Shown here piece after piece: positions 19,263-29,299 of a stretch of 64,000 bases of DNA. The DNA comes from Spirochaetia bacterium (GTDB lineage: Bacteria > Spirochaetota > Spirochaetia > SZUA-6 > Bin103). The stretch is taken from contig OZ241863.1 in assembly GCA_965203055.1 (NCBI GenBank), positions 2,208,001 to 2,272,000 of the forward strand, written 5' to 3'. Position 1 is the stretch's first letter, and each line of letters begins with the position of its first letter. Below the pieces are notes generated by a model that was given only the letters and a program-made list of their open reading frames with translations, ran no database searches and was not told the origin of the DNA. The position numbers and the translations under genes were made by a program.

Positions 19263-20596
19263 CAGTAGAGGCGGTCGGATACGAACGGCGTGTTGTCTCG
19301 AGCGATGCGGCCCTTGTTCACCAGCAGAGTCCGAATCGCCAGCGGCGAAACCTGAAAGTGCTCGGCGACCTCCGTCTGTCTTTCCTCCGAAATGTCGATG
19401 TCCAACATGTCGTCCACCGCATCGTATGGACACAACAGCTCGGCCGCAAACGCACGCTGCGCCTTCTGGCGGTAGCTGTGCGCCCGGGTCGCGGGCAAGA
19501 GACGTTCAACGCCGTCGACCAGCCGATCGCCGATCAACCGAGCGAGATCGAAGCGGCGGCCGGTCTCCCACTTCGGCCTGAGCGCCAAGCGCGACCGATT
19601 GCCGTCGCCGGCGATGAAAAATGACAGTTCGTCGGAGCACACCGAGATATTCTCGATGGCGCTCATGGTCGTTCCCGCAAGGTCTGCAAGGCGGGCGTTG
19701 CAGACAGGATCGGTGCCGAGATTCTCTTGACGGCGGATCGCGCGAGCAGCGTCTTCTCCGGTCTGCCAGGCCGGGTTCTCGGCCCACTCCCGGTTCTCGA
19801 AATTCAACCGAACCGCGGCGCCGGCATTCGCATCGAAACCGCGATCGATCGAAATTTGCCGGAGCGCGGAAGCGGACGCCACGTTTGCCCCCCTGTCAAG
19901 ATGGGCGGCATGGGCAGCCAACTCTTCCACCGCATTGTCACCTATTTCTTTCGCATCGTCGAGATAGCTGCTGATGGTCCGTTCGTCGATCTCGTCCGGG
20001 TCAAAGCCAAGCCGCGCTTCCAGCCGACGAAAGCGGGTGCTGTCAGGATCTGTGCGCTCCGTCCGGAGATCGTTCCAGAGTCGATGAAGATTGGTATCGT
20101 GGACGTTGGCGTTGTCGAGAATCCCCAGAACCTGACGGGCGAACCGGTCGATTTCCGCTTCCAGGTCACCGGCTGGGACGACCTCCATCCTCGCGGCTCC
20201 CAAATACCGAAACGGCACCGCCTTGAGTTCTTGCGAAGGTTCGGCGATCACGGCGCATCGAAACCCGTCCGAAGAAATCACGACATTAGGCCACACGTAG
20301 CCTTCGCCAATCGTGGCGGTACGGTGCGCCGAGTCCCAGCGACGGAGGACGTCCCGGCCATGTTTTCCCGGAGGCCCCGGAGGACCAGGTTCCCACCGCA
20401 GGCGCCACCAGTTCCAGATCAGCCATTCGGCGAAGTGGTAGCCGGAAACCCTCGGTCCTGTGGCGTATCCTTGGACATGATCATCGAATCCCTCGGTCAT
20501 GAGCCGGCCGTTCACGGTGATCTCAAGCAGACCGAACCCTGCTCTTTCTTCTTCTTGTCCGTGATCGAGCGGTTGCGGGTCGAGGCGAAAAGTCAC
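19262..20596 (-). CDS. ImmA/IrrE-like protein lacking HExxH, with large N-terminal domain
   Basis: RRFDLARLIGD...QKAQRAFAAELLCP and C-terminal HTH (VAEHFQVS); N-terminal FAEWLIWNWWRLRWE; GTGA overlap at 20596. Confidence 0.65.
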   Translation of the reverse strand: MTFRLDPQPLDHGQEEERAGFGLLEITVNGRLMTEGFDDHVQGYATGPRVSGYHFAEWLIWNWWRLRWEPGPPGPPGKHGRDVLRRWDSAHRTATIGEGYVWPNVVISSDGFRCAVIAEPSQELKAVPFRYLGAARMEVVPAGDLEAEIDRFARQVLGILDNANVHDTNLHRLWNDLRTERTDPDSTRFRRLEARLGFDPDEIDERTISSYLDDAKEIGDNAVEELAAHAAHLDRGANVASASALRQISIDRGFDANAGAAVRLNFENREWAENPAWQTGEDAARAIRRQENLGTDPVCNARLADLAGTTMSAIENISVCSDELSFFIAGDGNRSRLALRPKWETGRRFDLARLIGDRLVDGVERLLPATRAHSYRQKAQRAFAAELLCPYDAVDDMLDIDISEERQTEVAEHFQVSPLAIRTLLVNKGRIARDNTPFVSDRLY

Positions 20597-20913
20597 GGTG
20601 TCCTGCTTCTGGCGAGCCACTCTCGAATCACCTCTTCACGCATTGCCCTGTCGTCCACACCCAGTCGATACCCGTGATAGCTTCGTCCTTCGTGCCCCAG
20701 TTTCGCCTCGTAAGGCTCTCCGTCCTGATCTACTGACCAGACATATTTCGGGTAACCACTCATGCGATACGTGCTCACCATTCCAAGCCTCAGACCATCG
20801 ATGAGGAGCCTCTTAGCTTCGTCCCTTCTGATCACCCGCTTACTGTCGCACAGTGATTTGTGTGGTCGTGGACTGGGCGGACCGTGGAATCCATAGTCGG
20901 CGGGTATCGTTTC
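20593..20913 (-). pseudogene. Small hypothetical protein coupled to the ImmA-like gene, probably 5'-truncated
   Basis: PADYGF..PRPHKSLCD..GYPKYVWSV..YEAK..YHGYRL; the strong RBS+ATG (20930-20918) is out of frame. Confidence 0.5.
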
Positions 20914-20945
20914 GGCATTCGCAGCCTCCTGACGCGGGGGCCGGA

Positions 20946-21425
20946 TCAGTCGGGGCCGAGCCACGGTACGCCGGTGCCGGTGGTTTGGCGGATGCGTTCG
21001 CTGAGCTGGCCGGTGTGGTGCTGGAGATGGCGCAGATTGTAGGCCAGCCGCTCCACCGGGCCGAACGGCAGCCAGGAGAAGCCCGACTCGGCGTCCAGGT
21101 CCAGCGCCGCGATCTGCCGGCGCGCGTGGCCGCGGCAGAACGCCAGGAACTCCAGGATATTCTCCCGCGTATAGAGGGCCGCCTCCTTACCGAGATCCTC
21201 GGCGCCGTCGCGGTGTCCGCTCCAGGGGCGGTGCTCCGCTACGGTCCGGAACAGGTAGAGATGCACGTAGAACAGGGTGTGGTAGGCGATGTGCCAGAAC
21301 CGGTTGACCTGCTCGGCGCTGTCCCAGGCGTCGTCCGGGCACGCCCGCACCGCCGCTTCCAGCATGTTCAGGCCGGCCCGAAATTGGGCATCGAACGCGG
21401 TACGAATGGAATCTTCTGCTGCCAC
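20946..21425 (-). CDS. DinB family protein (copy 2)
   Basis: Near-identical to copy 1; FWHIAYHTLFY, HLQHHTGQL. Confidence 0.85.
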   Translation of the reverse strand: MAAEDSIRTAFDAQFRAGLNMLEAAVRACPDDAWDSAEQVNRFWHIAYHTLFYVHLYLFRTVAEHRPWSGHRDGAEDLGKEAALYTRENILEFLAFCRGHARRQIAALDLDAESGFSWLPFGPVERLAYNLRHLQHHTGQLSERIRQTTGTGVPWLGPD

Positions 21426-21522
21426 GCTTCGATGGTAGGCCACAACGGGGGTACTATCAACAGCGAGCCCATGGACGCCGCCAGCGCCAGCCTGCCGATC
21501 GACCTTGCCAACCTGCTCCACG
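20961..21522. repeat. 562-bp direct repeat, copy 2
   Basis: Colinear with 18609-19170. Confidence 0.95.
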
Positions 21523-22560
21523 CGCGCGTGCCGTGGGACGACCGCCGGGCGCTGCAGGGGAGCCTCGCCGACCTGCGCGAAATGACGGTACGGGAGCACC
21601 TGCACGAGATCGGCAGCGGCCTGATCGCGGAGTCCGATGCAGCGGAGATCTACCGTCGCATGGGGATCACCATGCGGGTCAACGACCACGACGTGCCGCG
21701 CCACGTCGGGCTGCTGTTCTTCGCCGCCGAGCCGACCCGCTGGTTTCGCGGCGCCTGGATCGACTGCGCGCTGTTCGCCGCCGGCGGCAGCGGTGACGTC
21801 CAGGACGAGCGGGAGTTTCGCGGCGCGCTGGCGCAGCAGGCGCGCGACTGCCTGCAGTACCTGTACGCGCGGTCGCCGGTCCACCTGCGCAAGGTGCCGG
21901 AACGGATCGAGGCGCGCCGCTGGCGCGCCTGGCCGGAGACGGCGCTGCGCGAGACTCTGGTGAACGCGCAGCTACGAACCCGACGCGGTGGAGCCTACCA
22001 AGGTGTACCTGTACCCGGACCGCGTGGAGATCATCAGCTATCCGGGGCCGGCGGCGGGGCTGGAGGCGGAACACTTTGCGCTGCGCTCCCCGTTCCCGAT
22101 GGTACCGGCGCGCAACCGCCGCATCGGCGAGTTCTTCAAGGAGCTGGGCCTGGCCGGGGCGCGGCTGACCGGGCTGCGCAAGGTGGCCGCGGCGATGGCC
22201 GCCAACGGCTCCCCTGCGCCGCGTTACGACTTCGACCCGCAGCGCACCTACTTCCGCGCCACGCTGCCGGCGCATGCGGAATACGCCGCGCTGTCCGCGG
22301 TGCGAGACGCCGCCGAGCTGCGCGCCCTGGGCGACGCGGAGGCGGCGCACGCCCTGCTCGAGTCGGCCTGGGAATCGAACCCGGCGTCGGCGGCGCTGGC
22401 CGCCGAGCTGATCCGGTCGCACGCCGCGCGCGGCGAGCCGGACCGGGCGGAGCGGGTGCTGGACCGCTTCGGGGAGCGCGCGCCGGACGGCGCGCGGCGC
22501 GCGCTAGCGGAAGCGCTGGCCGCGGTCCGCCGCGGGCGCCGGACGCCGCCGCGCGCTTGA
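21471..22560 (+). pseudogene. AlbA/HATPase_c_4 (RecG-C-like) ATP-binding protein; AlbA domain apparently deleted and frameshift near 21969
   Basis: PRHVGLLFF, PETALRETLVNA | SYEPD..KVYLYPDRVEIISYPGP, ARNRRIGEFFKELGL; the expected HR motif is missing at the shift. Confidence 0.75.
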
Positions 22561-22594
22561 CGGACGGCGCGCGCCCGCCCACGCTGCAGCCAGC

Positions 22595-25300
22595 ATGACC
22601 AACCACCCTCTGAGCGACGCCACCCGCAGCCACTTCACCTACCGCGGCGCTCGGCTCAATGAGATCTCGTTTCCCCTGGGCGGGATCGGCTCCGGCGCGA
22701 TCGGCCTGGCCGGCAACGGCCGGCTGATCGACTGGGAGATCTTCAACCGTCCCAACAAAGGCAGCGTGAACGGCTTCAGCCACTTCGCCGTCAAGGCCGA
22801 GCGGGACGGCGAAGTGGTTGACGCGCGGGTACTGCACGGCGACCTCGCCGGCCCTCTCTCCGGCAGCCTGCGCTCCACGTGGCTGGACAGCTTCGGCTTC
22901 GGGCCGACCCGCGCCTCGCTGGCCGGCCTGCCCCACTTCGCGGAGGCGGTGTTCGAGGGCACCTTCCCGGTGGCCACCCTCTCCTTCGCCGACGAGCAGT
23001 TCCCCGGCCGCATCACCCTGAGCGCCTTCAATCCCTTCATCCCCGGCAATTCCGACGACTCCAGCATTCCTGCCGCCTGCTTCGAGGTGCAGGTGACCAA
23101 TCCGGGCGGGGCCGACCTCGACTACACCGCGGCGCTGGCGGTCACCAACCCGGCCGGTCCGGGCAAGTCGGTCAACCGCGCCCGGCGCGCCGGCCCGGCG
23201 CAGTTGCTCACCCTGGGGAGCACCGGCATCGCCGCCGACCACCCGCGCTACGGCGACCTCACCATCGCCACCGACCTCGGCGCCGACGCCGAGGTCAGCT
23301 TCCAGGAATACTGGTTCCGCGGCATGTGGTTCGACGACCTCACCATCTACTGGCGCGACTTCACGGCGCCGGGCGGCTTCGCCAACCGCAGCTACCCGGA
23401 GCCGCGCGCCAGCGCGGGCGGCGGCTTCGACCGCCACGACACCGGGGTGCTGGCGGCGCGGATCAGCGTTCCCGCGGGGGCAACGCGCAGCGCGCGCTTC
23501 GTGCTGACCTGGAGCTACCCCAACTGCGTCAACTACTGGCATCCAGTCGGGGTCGAGCATGAGCAGCGCGACGCGCCGCCGCCGGCGCTCGACACCGCGG
23601 AATGGCGCAACTACTACGCTACCCGCTTCCCCGATTCCGCAGCCAGCGCCGGCTACTGCCTGCGGGAATGGGAGCGGCTGCAGCGCGATACCCTGGCGTT
23701 CCGCGACGCGCTGTACGCCAGCAGCGTCCCTCCCGCCATATTGGACGCCGCGGCCTCCACCCTGTCGGTGCTCAAGAGCCCCACCGTGCTGCGGCTGGAA
23801 GACGGCACCTTCTACGGCTTCGAAGGGGTGCGCGTCGACCAGGGCTGCTGCGAGGGAAGCTGCACCCACGTGTGGAACTACGCCTACGCGCTGCCGTTTC
23901 TGTTCCCCGACCTGGAGCGCTCGATGCGCGACGCCGACTTCCGCTACAACGCCGGCCCGGACGGCGGCATGACCTTCCGCCTGCAGTTGCCGCTGGGGCG
24001 GGAGCGGCTCGGCTTCCGGCCGTGCGCGGACGGCCAGTTCGGCGGCGTGATCAAGGCGTACCGGGAATGGAAGATCAGCGGCGATTCCGAGTGGCTGCGC
24101 GGCCACTGGGAGACGATCAAGAAGAACATTTCCTTCGCCTGGGCCGAGAGCAACCCCGACCGCTGGGACGCCGACCGCGACGGCGTGCTGGAGGGGCGCC
24201 AGCACCACACCCTGGACATGGAGCTGTTCGGGCCCAATTCGTGGCTCAGCGGCTTCTACCTGGCGGCGCTGGCGGCCGGCGCCGAGATGGCCGAGCACTT
24301 CGGCGAGGCCGCCACCGCGGCGGAGTACCGAGCCCTGTGCGCGCGCGGGCGGCAGTGGGTGGACCGCAACCTGTTCAACGGCGAGTACTACCAGCAGCGG
24401 ATCGACCTCACCGACCGCGCCATCCTCGCAGCATACGCCGCCGGCGGCGCCGAGGAGCGTTACCGCGGCGGGCGCAGCCAAGTGTGGAACTACTGGGACG
24501 GCGAGCACGGCGAGATCAAGTATCAGGTCGCCGAGGGGTGCGGGATCGATCAGGTGGTGGCCCAGTGGCACGCCAACATCTGCGGTCTCGGCGCGGTGTT
24601 CGACGGCGCGCAGACGCGCTCCGCCCTGGCGTCGATCTACCGCTACAACTTCAAGCGTTCGTTCCGGCAGCACTTCAACCCGGCGCGGCTGTACGCGGTG
24701 GATGACGAGGCCGGCACCATCATCTGCTCCTACCCGCGCGCCCTGCCGGTGGTGCCGCTGACCTACGCCCAGGAGAGCATGCACGGCTTCGAGTACCAGG
24801 CCGCCGGACACATGATTCAGGAGGGGATGCTGGCCGAGGGCCTGGAGCTGGTGCGGGCGGTGCGCGACCGCTACGACGGCAGCCGGCGCAATCCCTGGAA
24901 CGAGATCGAGTGCGGCAGCAACTACGCGCGCTCGATGGCCGCGTTCGCGCTGCTGCCGGCGTACGCCGGGTTCGAGTTCGACGCGGTGCGCGGCCACCTC
25001 GGGTTCAGCCCCAAGGTGCCGGATACGCCGTTCACCGCCTTCTGGAGCCTCGGCTCCGGCTGGGGCACCTGCACGCTGGACCTGGGGGAGATCCGGCTGC
25101 AGGTGGAACGCGGCGAGCTGCGGCTGTCCAGCTTCGCCAGCGACCGGCTGGCGGGCGCCGCCGGCGGCGCGGTGACCGGCGTCCGGCTCGGCGCCGCCGA
25201 GACCGCGTTCCACCAGGAGGGGACCATCCTCACCTTCCCCGACCCGCTGCGGGTCACCGCCGGCGCGCCGCTCGGCATCGCCCTCGCCGCCCACGTCTGA
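22595..25300 (+). CDS. GH116 family glycoside hydrolase (non-lysosomal glucosylceramidase-like)
   Basis: ISFPLGGIGSG, DWEIFNRP, CTHVWNYA, QHHTLDME, RNPWNEIECGSNYARSM. Confidence 0.9.
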   Translation: MTNHPLSDATRSHFTYRGARLNEISFPLGGIGSGAIGLAGNGRLIDWEIFNRPNKGSVNGFSHFAVKAERDGEVVDARVLHGDLAGPLSGSLRSTWLDSFGFGPTRASLAGLPHFAEAVFEGTFPVATLSFADEQFPGRITLSAFNPFIPGNSDDSSIPAACFEVQVTNPGGADLDYTAALAVTNPAGPGKSVNRARRAGPAQLLTLGSTGIAADHPRYGDLTIATDLGADAEVSFQEYWFRGMWFDDLTIYWRDFTAPGGFANRSYPEPRASAGGGFDRHDTGVLAARISVPAGATRSARFVLTWSYPNCVNYWHPVGVEHEQRDAPPPALDTAEWRNYYATRFPDSAASAGYCLREWERLQRDTLAFRDALYASSVPPAILDAAASTLSVLKSPTVLRLEDGTFYGFEGVRVDQGCCEGSCTHVWNYAYALPFLFPDLERSMRDADFRYNAGPDGGMTFRLQLPLGRERLGFRPCADGQFGGVIKAYREWKISGDSEWLRGHWETIKKNISFAWAESNPDRWDADRDGVLEGRQHHTLDMELFGPNSWLSGFYLAALAAGAEMAEHFGEAATAAEYRALCARGRQWVDRNLFNGEYYQQRIDLTDRAILAAYAAGGAEERYRGGRSQVWNYWDGEHGEIKYQVAEGCGIDQVVAQWHANICGLGAVFDGAQTRSALASIYRYNFKRSFRQHFNPARLYAVDDEAGTIICSYPRALPVVPLTYAQESMHGFEYQAAGHMIQEGMLAEGLELVRAVRDRYDGSRRNPWNEIECGSNYARSMAAFALLPAYAGFEFDAVRGHLGFSPKVPDTPFTAFWSLGSGWGTCTLDLGEIRLQVERGELRLSSFASDRLAGAAGGAVTGVRLGAAETAFHQEGTILTFPDPLRVTAGAPLGIALAAHV

Positions 25301-25358
25301 CCGCTTCCCGCCGGCGCCGCCGCCGGCCGCCGCCGGCCCTGAGTCAAGCGGGCATGGT

Positions 25359-26498
25359 ATGGTGACCGCAACGGCGATGTATCCGTCCAACCTGTTCCGG
25401 CCCGGTGACGGCGACCGGCCCCCCTACCTGGCGGGCCGGCGCCGGGAGCTGGACGCCGCGGCGCCGCCGGCGGCCGACCTGCAGGCGCGGCGGGCGCCGA
25501 GCGCCAACGTCATCCTGTACGGCCCGCGCGGCAACGGCAAGACCGTGCTGCTGAACGTCATTGGCGACCGCTTGCAGCGGGCCGGCGCGGCGGTGGTGCA
25601 GGCGACCGCCAAGGGCGCGGCGGCGTCCCGGGAGGCGCTGGCGAAGGCGCTGGCCCCGACCGGCGGCTGGCGCGGCGCCCTGCGCCGCCTGGCGGAGCAG
25701 ACCGGCGCCGCGCCCAGCCGCCTGTCCCTGTTCGGCGTCCGGCTGGAGCTGGATCGGTCGGCAGGTCCGTCGGTGGAGCAGATGTTGGCAGCCCGCTGCG
25801 CCGCCGGAGCGCTGGCGCTGCTGGTGGACGAGGCGCACGTGCTGGACGCGGAGGTGGGCGGCGCACTGCTGGACGCTTCCCAAAGCATTCGCCGGCAGGG
25901 GGCTCCCTTCCTGCTGGTACTGGCCGGGACCCCGGGACTCCAACATACCTTGCAGGAGATGAAGGCCAGTCACTGGGAGCGATCCCGGCGCGTCCCGGTC
26001 GGGCGCCTCGAGCCGGGTGAGGACCGGGAGGCGCTGCTGCGGCCGCTGGCGGAGTTTGGCGGCGCGGCTGACGAAAGCGCGCTGGCGCGGCTGCTGCAGG
26101 CGGCGAACCGCTACCCCTACTTCCTCCAGGAAGTGGGCCACGCCGCGGTGGCCGCGCTGAACCGGAGCGGCGCGCGGCGCGTGGACGCCGCCATTGCGGA
26201 TCAGGCCCTGGCGGCGTTCGGGCCGCTCAAGAACGCGTTCTACGACAGCCGCGTCGACGAACTGGAAGACGCCGGACTGCTGGCGCCCGCGGCGGCTGCC
26301 GCGCGGGCGTTCGGCGACGCCGAGTGGCTGCCCCGCGCCCGGTTGGCGGCGGCGTTGGCCGGGCCGGACGCCGGGCGCGCGCGCCGCGGGCTGGTGGCGC
26401 GCGGCGTGGTGTGGCCGAAGGACGGCGGCTACGAGCCCGGCATCCCCTCCCTGCTGGCCATGCTCGCAGCCCCCGGCGGCGCCGCCCCGCCGCCATGA
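25359..26498 (+). CDS. AAA_16-like P-loop ATPase
   Basis: FRPGDGDRPPYLAGR, GPRGNGKT, LLVDEAH, YPYFLQ, PGIPSL; start may be 25377. Confidence 0.8.
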   Translation: MVTATAMYPSNLFRPGDGDRPPYLAGRRRELDAAAPPAADLQARRAPSANVILYGPRGNGKTVLLNVIGDRLQRAGAAVVQATAKGAAASREALAKALAPTGGWRGALRRLAEQTGAAPSRLSLFGVRLELDRSAGPSVEQMLAARCAAGALALLVDEAHVLDAEVGGALLDASQSIRRQGAPFLLVLAGTPGLQHTLQEMKASHWERSRRVPVGRLEPGEDREALLRPLAEFGGAADESALARLLQAANRYPYFLQEVGHAAVAALNRSGARRVDAAIADQALAAFGPLKNAFYDSRVDELEDAGLLAPAAAAARAFGDAEWLPRARLAAALAGPDAGRARRGLVARGVVWPKDGGYEPGIPSLLAMLAAPGGAAPPP

Positions 26499-26519
26499 CG
26501 CACGACCCGCGCGTCCGAG

Positions 26520-27071
26520 TTACCGGTCGAACCCACGCCGGGCGGCGGCCAGGGAGAAGTCATCAGGCTTCCAGCTCCCTCTCCACGTTGCCAACTCGTC
26601 GTCGCCGTTCCCCGTCTCCAGGGACTCGACAAGCTGATAGTACCCACTGACCCCGCCGCAATCTTCAAGCGGGGCCCTGCGGCGGCCGGCCAACAGGCGC
26701 CGTTTGAAGCGATCGCCGGACGACACCCGTTCGCGCAGCTCTACGGTATGCTGCCAGTCATCACCGAAGTCGTACCAATACACGCACTTCGTCCTCGCGT
26801 TGCGGAAGTACCGCGTAAGCCTGACCAAGCGGGCGGCGGGAGCATCATCTTCATCCCCCCACGTCCTTTCCTCCGGAGGTATCCCGGCAATGACCTCTCG
26901 ATCTCGTCCGGGGGTATGAAACTCCCACAGGTGACAGCGCCCCCAGCGGAAGCTGTCCTGAATCGCGTCATGCAGATCGAAGAACGACGCGTTGGCGGTA
27001 ATCTGAAAGCGGCGCCAGATGCGCGGCTTGATCAAACGTAGTGAAACCTCGAACTCCAGGTACGAGTACAT
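26520..27071 (-). CDS. pRiA4b ORF-3 family protein
   Basis: PRIWRRF, LHDAIQ, HLWEF, YWYDFGDDWQH, PLEDCGG. Confidence 0.85.
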   Translation of the reverse strand: MYSYLEFEVSLRLIKPRIWRRFQITANASFFDLHDAIQDSFRWGRCHLWEFHTPGRDREVIAGIPPEERTWGDEDDAPAARLVRLTRYFRNARTKCVYWYDFGDDWQHTVELRERVSSGDRFKRRLLAGRRRAPLEDCGGVSGYYQLVESLETGNGDDELATWRGSWKPDDFSLAAARRGFDR

Positions 27072-27283
27072 CGCGCCCGCAGGATAGACCACCGGCGGCA
27101 GTTCCGCTACCGGCGCGCCGCTGGACCGGGCGGCTGCCCGACGTAACTTGTGAGCCGGAGGGCGTAAGAAATGTTGACGGCGGCGGGATACGGCGAGTTG
27201 CTGGAGGTAACCCGAGGAGCCTCCCTCGCGCCGCAGGCGTTCCCGGACGCGGCGGTGGGCGTCGACGATCTGCTGGGGCCGCG

Positions 27284-28081
27284 CTAAATCGGTCGCGGCT
27301 CGACTGCGCCGCCGGCGGGCCCGGCGGCGGCGCGGAAGCGCGGCGCGTAGTGGCGCTCACTGGCGGCCAGCGCGCGGTAGTATTCGTCGCGCAACGAGAC
27401 CGGCTTGGCGAGCAGCTCGATCAGCGCCACCGCCAGCCAACTGCGCCGGCCCTGGCGCGGATGGTAGCGGTTGAGCTGCGCGCCGGTCACCGGCGCCGCG
27501 CCGTGGAACGACGCCACGTAGCGCAGCGCTGGCGAGTGCGCCAGATCCGCCGGCGCCTGCAGCGACTGCGGGCGCTCCGGCACCAGGATCATTCCCGCCT
27601 GGCGGTAGGCCCAGGCGACGTGTTCGGAGCAGATGTAGCCGCGGTTGGCGGCGCGGCGCAGCACGGCGCGGCGCGCCAGGTAGGGGAATCCGAACAGCAG
27701 CGTGAACTCGTAGCGGCGCGCCAGCGTGGCGCGCGCCGCGGCCAGCAGCCGGCGTGTTTGCGCGGCGCTCAGACCGGGGTGGCGGCACACGTCCACGAAC
27801 GCCCGCCCGCCGCGGTCAGTGGCGGCGAAGGCGATGCCGTGGGCTTCCGCCGACAGCGACCAGCCGCCGCCGTAGTACAGCTCGGCGTGCGAATAGGGCG
27901 ACGCCGTGAAGTGTCCGATGAGGCCGCCGAGCAGATCGCCCTGGTCGCGGTGCAGCACCACGTCGCCGGGCCGCAGCGCCGCGCTCAGCGCGGAAGCCCG
28001 CGGCGGTCCCGGCCGCGCGCCGCGGCCGGGGAACAGAATTCGCCGCAGCGCGCCGCTCAGGCTCAAACGATCACCCCTCAT
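27284..28081 (-). CDS. Permuted papain-like (NlpC/P60, YiiX/YebB-type) amidase
   Basis: LRPGDVVL, SPYSHAELY, ICSEHVAWAY; start uncertain. Confidence 0.7.
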   Translation of the reverse strand: MRGDRLSLSGALRRILFPGRGARPGPPRASALSAALRPGDVVLHRDQGDLLGGLIGHFTASPYSHAELYYGGGWSLSAEAHGIAFAATDRGGRAFVDVCRHPGLSAAQTRRLLAAARATLARRYEFTLLFGFPYLARRAVLRRAANRGYICSEHVAWAYRQAGMILVPERPQSLQAPADLAHSPALRYVASFHGAAPVTGAQLNRYHPRQGRRSWLAVALIELLAKPVSLRDEYYRALAASERHYAPRFRAAAGPAGGAVEPRPI

Positions 28082-28139
28082 CCGCCCCGATCCGCCGGGG
28101 TTGTACTCCGCGCCGCAGTTCTTCATCAATGGAGGGGGT

Positions 28140-28592
28140 ATGCTCCGGGTATTGTCATACGTGTTCACCCTGCTCAACTTCGCCCTGTTTCTGCTGGCGT
28201 TCGTCGTCACCCGCGATCTGTACCAGACGCTGTTTGCATTCTTCTACCGCTTGGCCACGGCCGGGGAGATGAGCGCCTTTCGCGTATCGGCGCTGCTGCG
28301 CACCTTCGACATGGTGAGCCTGTTCGTCCTGGGGCTGGCGATGATCGTGCTGACCATCGTGATCCAGGCGGCCTACGAGCGGGCGCGCGGCGGCACCCGG
28401 CTCGGCGCCCGGTTCGCCCTGGTGACCGGGCTGCAGTTGACATGGATCGGCGCCACCCGCGTGCTGGTCTGGCTGATCCCCGCGAACGAGCGCAACCTGA
28501 TCCTGGACGGCTACGCCCTGCTGCCGCTGGCCGCTGGCGGAGCGGCGGTCGTTGCCGGTATCATGCTGCGCCGGCGCCCGTCGGCGTCATGA
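28140..28592 (+). CDS. Small integral membrane protein
   Basis: GGAGGGGG RBS, four hydrophobic segments, ATGA coupling to ABC ATPase. Confidence 0.7.
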   Translation: MLRVLSYVFTLLNFALFLLAFVVTRDLYQTLFAFFYRLATAGEMSAFRVSALLRTFDMVSLFVLGLAMIVLTIVIQAAYERARGGTRLGARFALVTGLQLTWIGATRVLVWLIPANERNLILDGYALLPLAAGGAAVVAGIMLRRRPSAS

Positions 28593-29299
28593 CTCGATAC
28601 CGCACCAGCATGCCACCGCTCATTCGCGCCTCCAGTGTCTCCCGTGAGTTCGTGCTCGGCCAGGAACGGGTACAGGCGGTCCGGTCCGTCTCCATGGAGT
28701 TGACCCGGGGCCGCTTCGTCCTGATCCGCGGCAAGTCGGGGTCGGGCAAGACCACCCTGCTCAATCTGCTCGGCGGGCTGGACCGGCCCACCTCGGGAGC
28801 GGTGTACTATCACGAACGCGATCTGCACCATTTCTCGGAGCGGGAGATGACCCGCTGGCGCCGCACCAAGGCGGCCTTCATCTTTCAGGCGTTCGCGTTG
28901 ATCCCGGGCCTCACCGCGGCGGAGAACGTGGACCTGCCGTTGCGCATCGCCGGCGCCGGCCCGCGCGCCGCCGGCCAGCGCGCGCTGCACTATCTTGACC
29001 TGGTGGGACTCGCGCCGCGCGCTCATCACCGCATCTACGAGCTCAGCGGCGGCGAACAGCAACGCGTCGCCATCGCCCGCGCCCTGGTCAAGGAGCCGGA
29101 GCTGCTGTTGGCGGACGAGCCCACCGGCGAGCTCGATCAGACCACCGGCCATGGCGTACTGGCGCTGCTGCGCGGCATGGCGCGGGAACGCAACATCGCG
29201 GCGTGCGTCACCAGCCACGATCCGACCGCCGCCGACTTTGCCGACGAGGTGTACGGAATGCGAGACGGAATCCTCAGCGCCGAACGGAGGGCCGCGTGA
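28589..29299 (+). CDS. ABC exporter ATP-binding protein (LolD/MacB type)
   Basis: [23 protein letters not shown]. Confidence 0.9.
   Translation: MTRYRTSMPPLIRASSVSREFVLGQERVQAVRSVSMELTRGRFVLIRGKSGSGKTTLLNLLGGLDRPTSGAVYYHERDLHHFSEREMTRWRRTKAAFIFQAFALIPGLTAAENVDLPLRIAGAGPRAAGQRALHYLDLVGLAPRAHHRIYELSGGEQQRVAIARALVKEPELLLADEPTGELDQTTGHGVLALLRGMARERNIAACVTSHDPTAADFADEVYGMRDGILSAERRAA

Noticed and set aside
18609..21522. Composite transposon
   Set aside because: The repeats encode dinB, not a transposase; no terminal inverted repeats or target duplication
26520..27071. Plasmid or IS origin for the pRiA4b ORF-3 gene
   Set aside because: No replication or transposase genes nearby; the family is common on chromosomes
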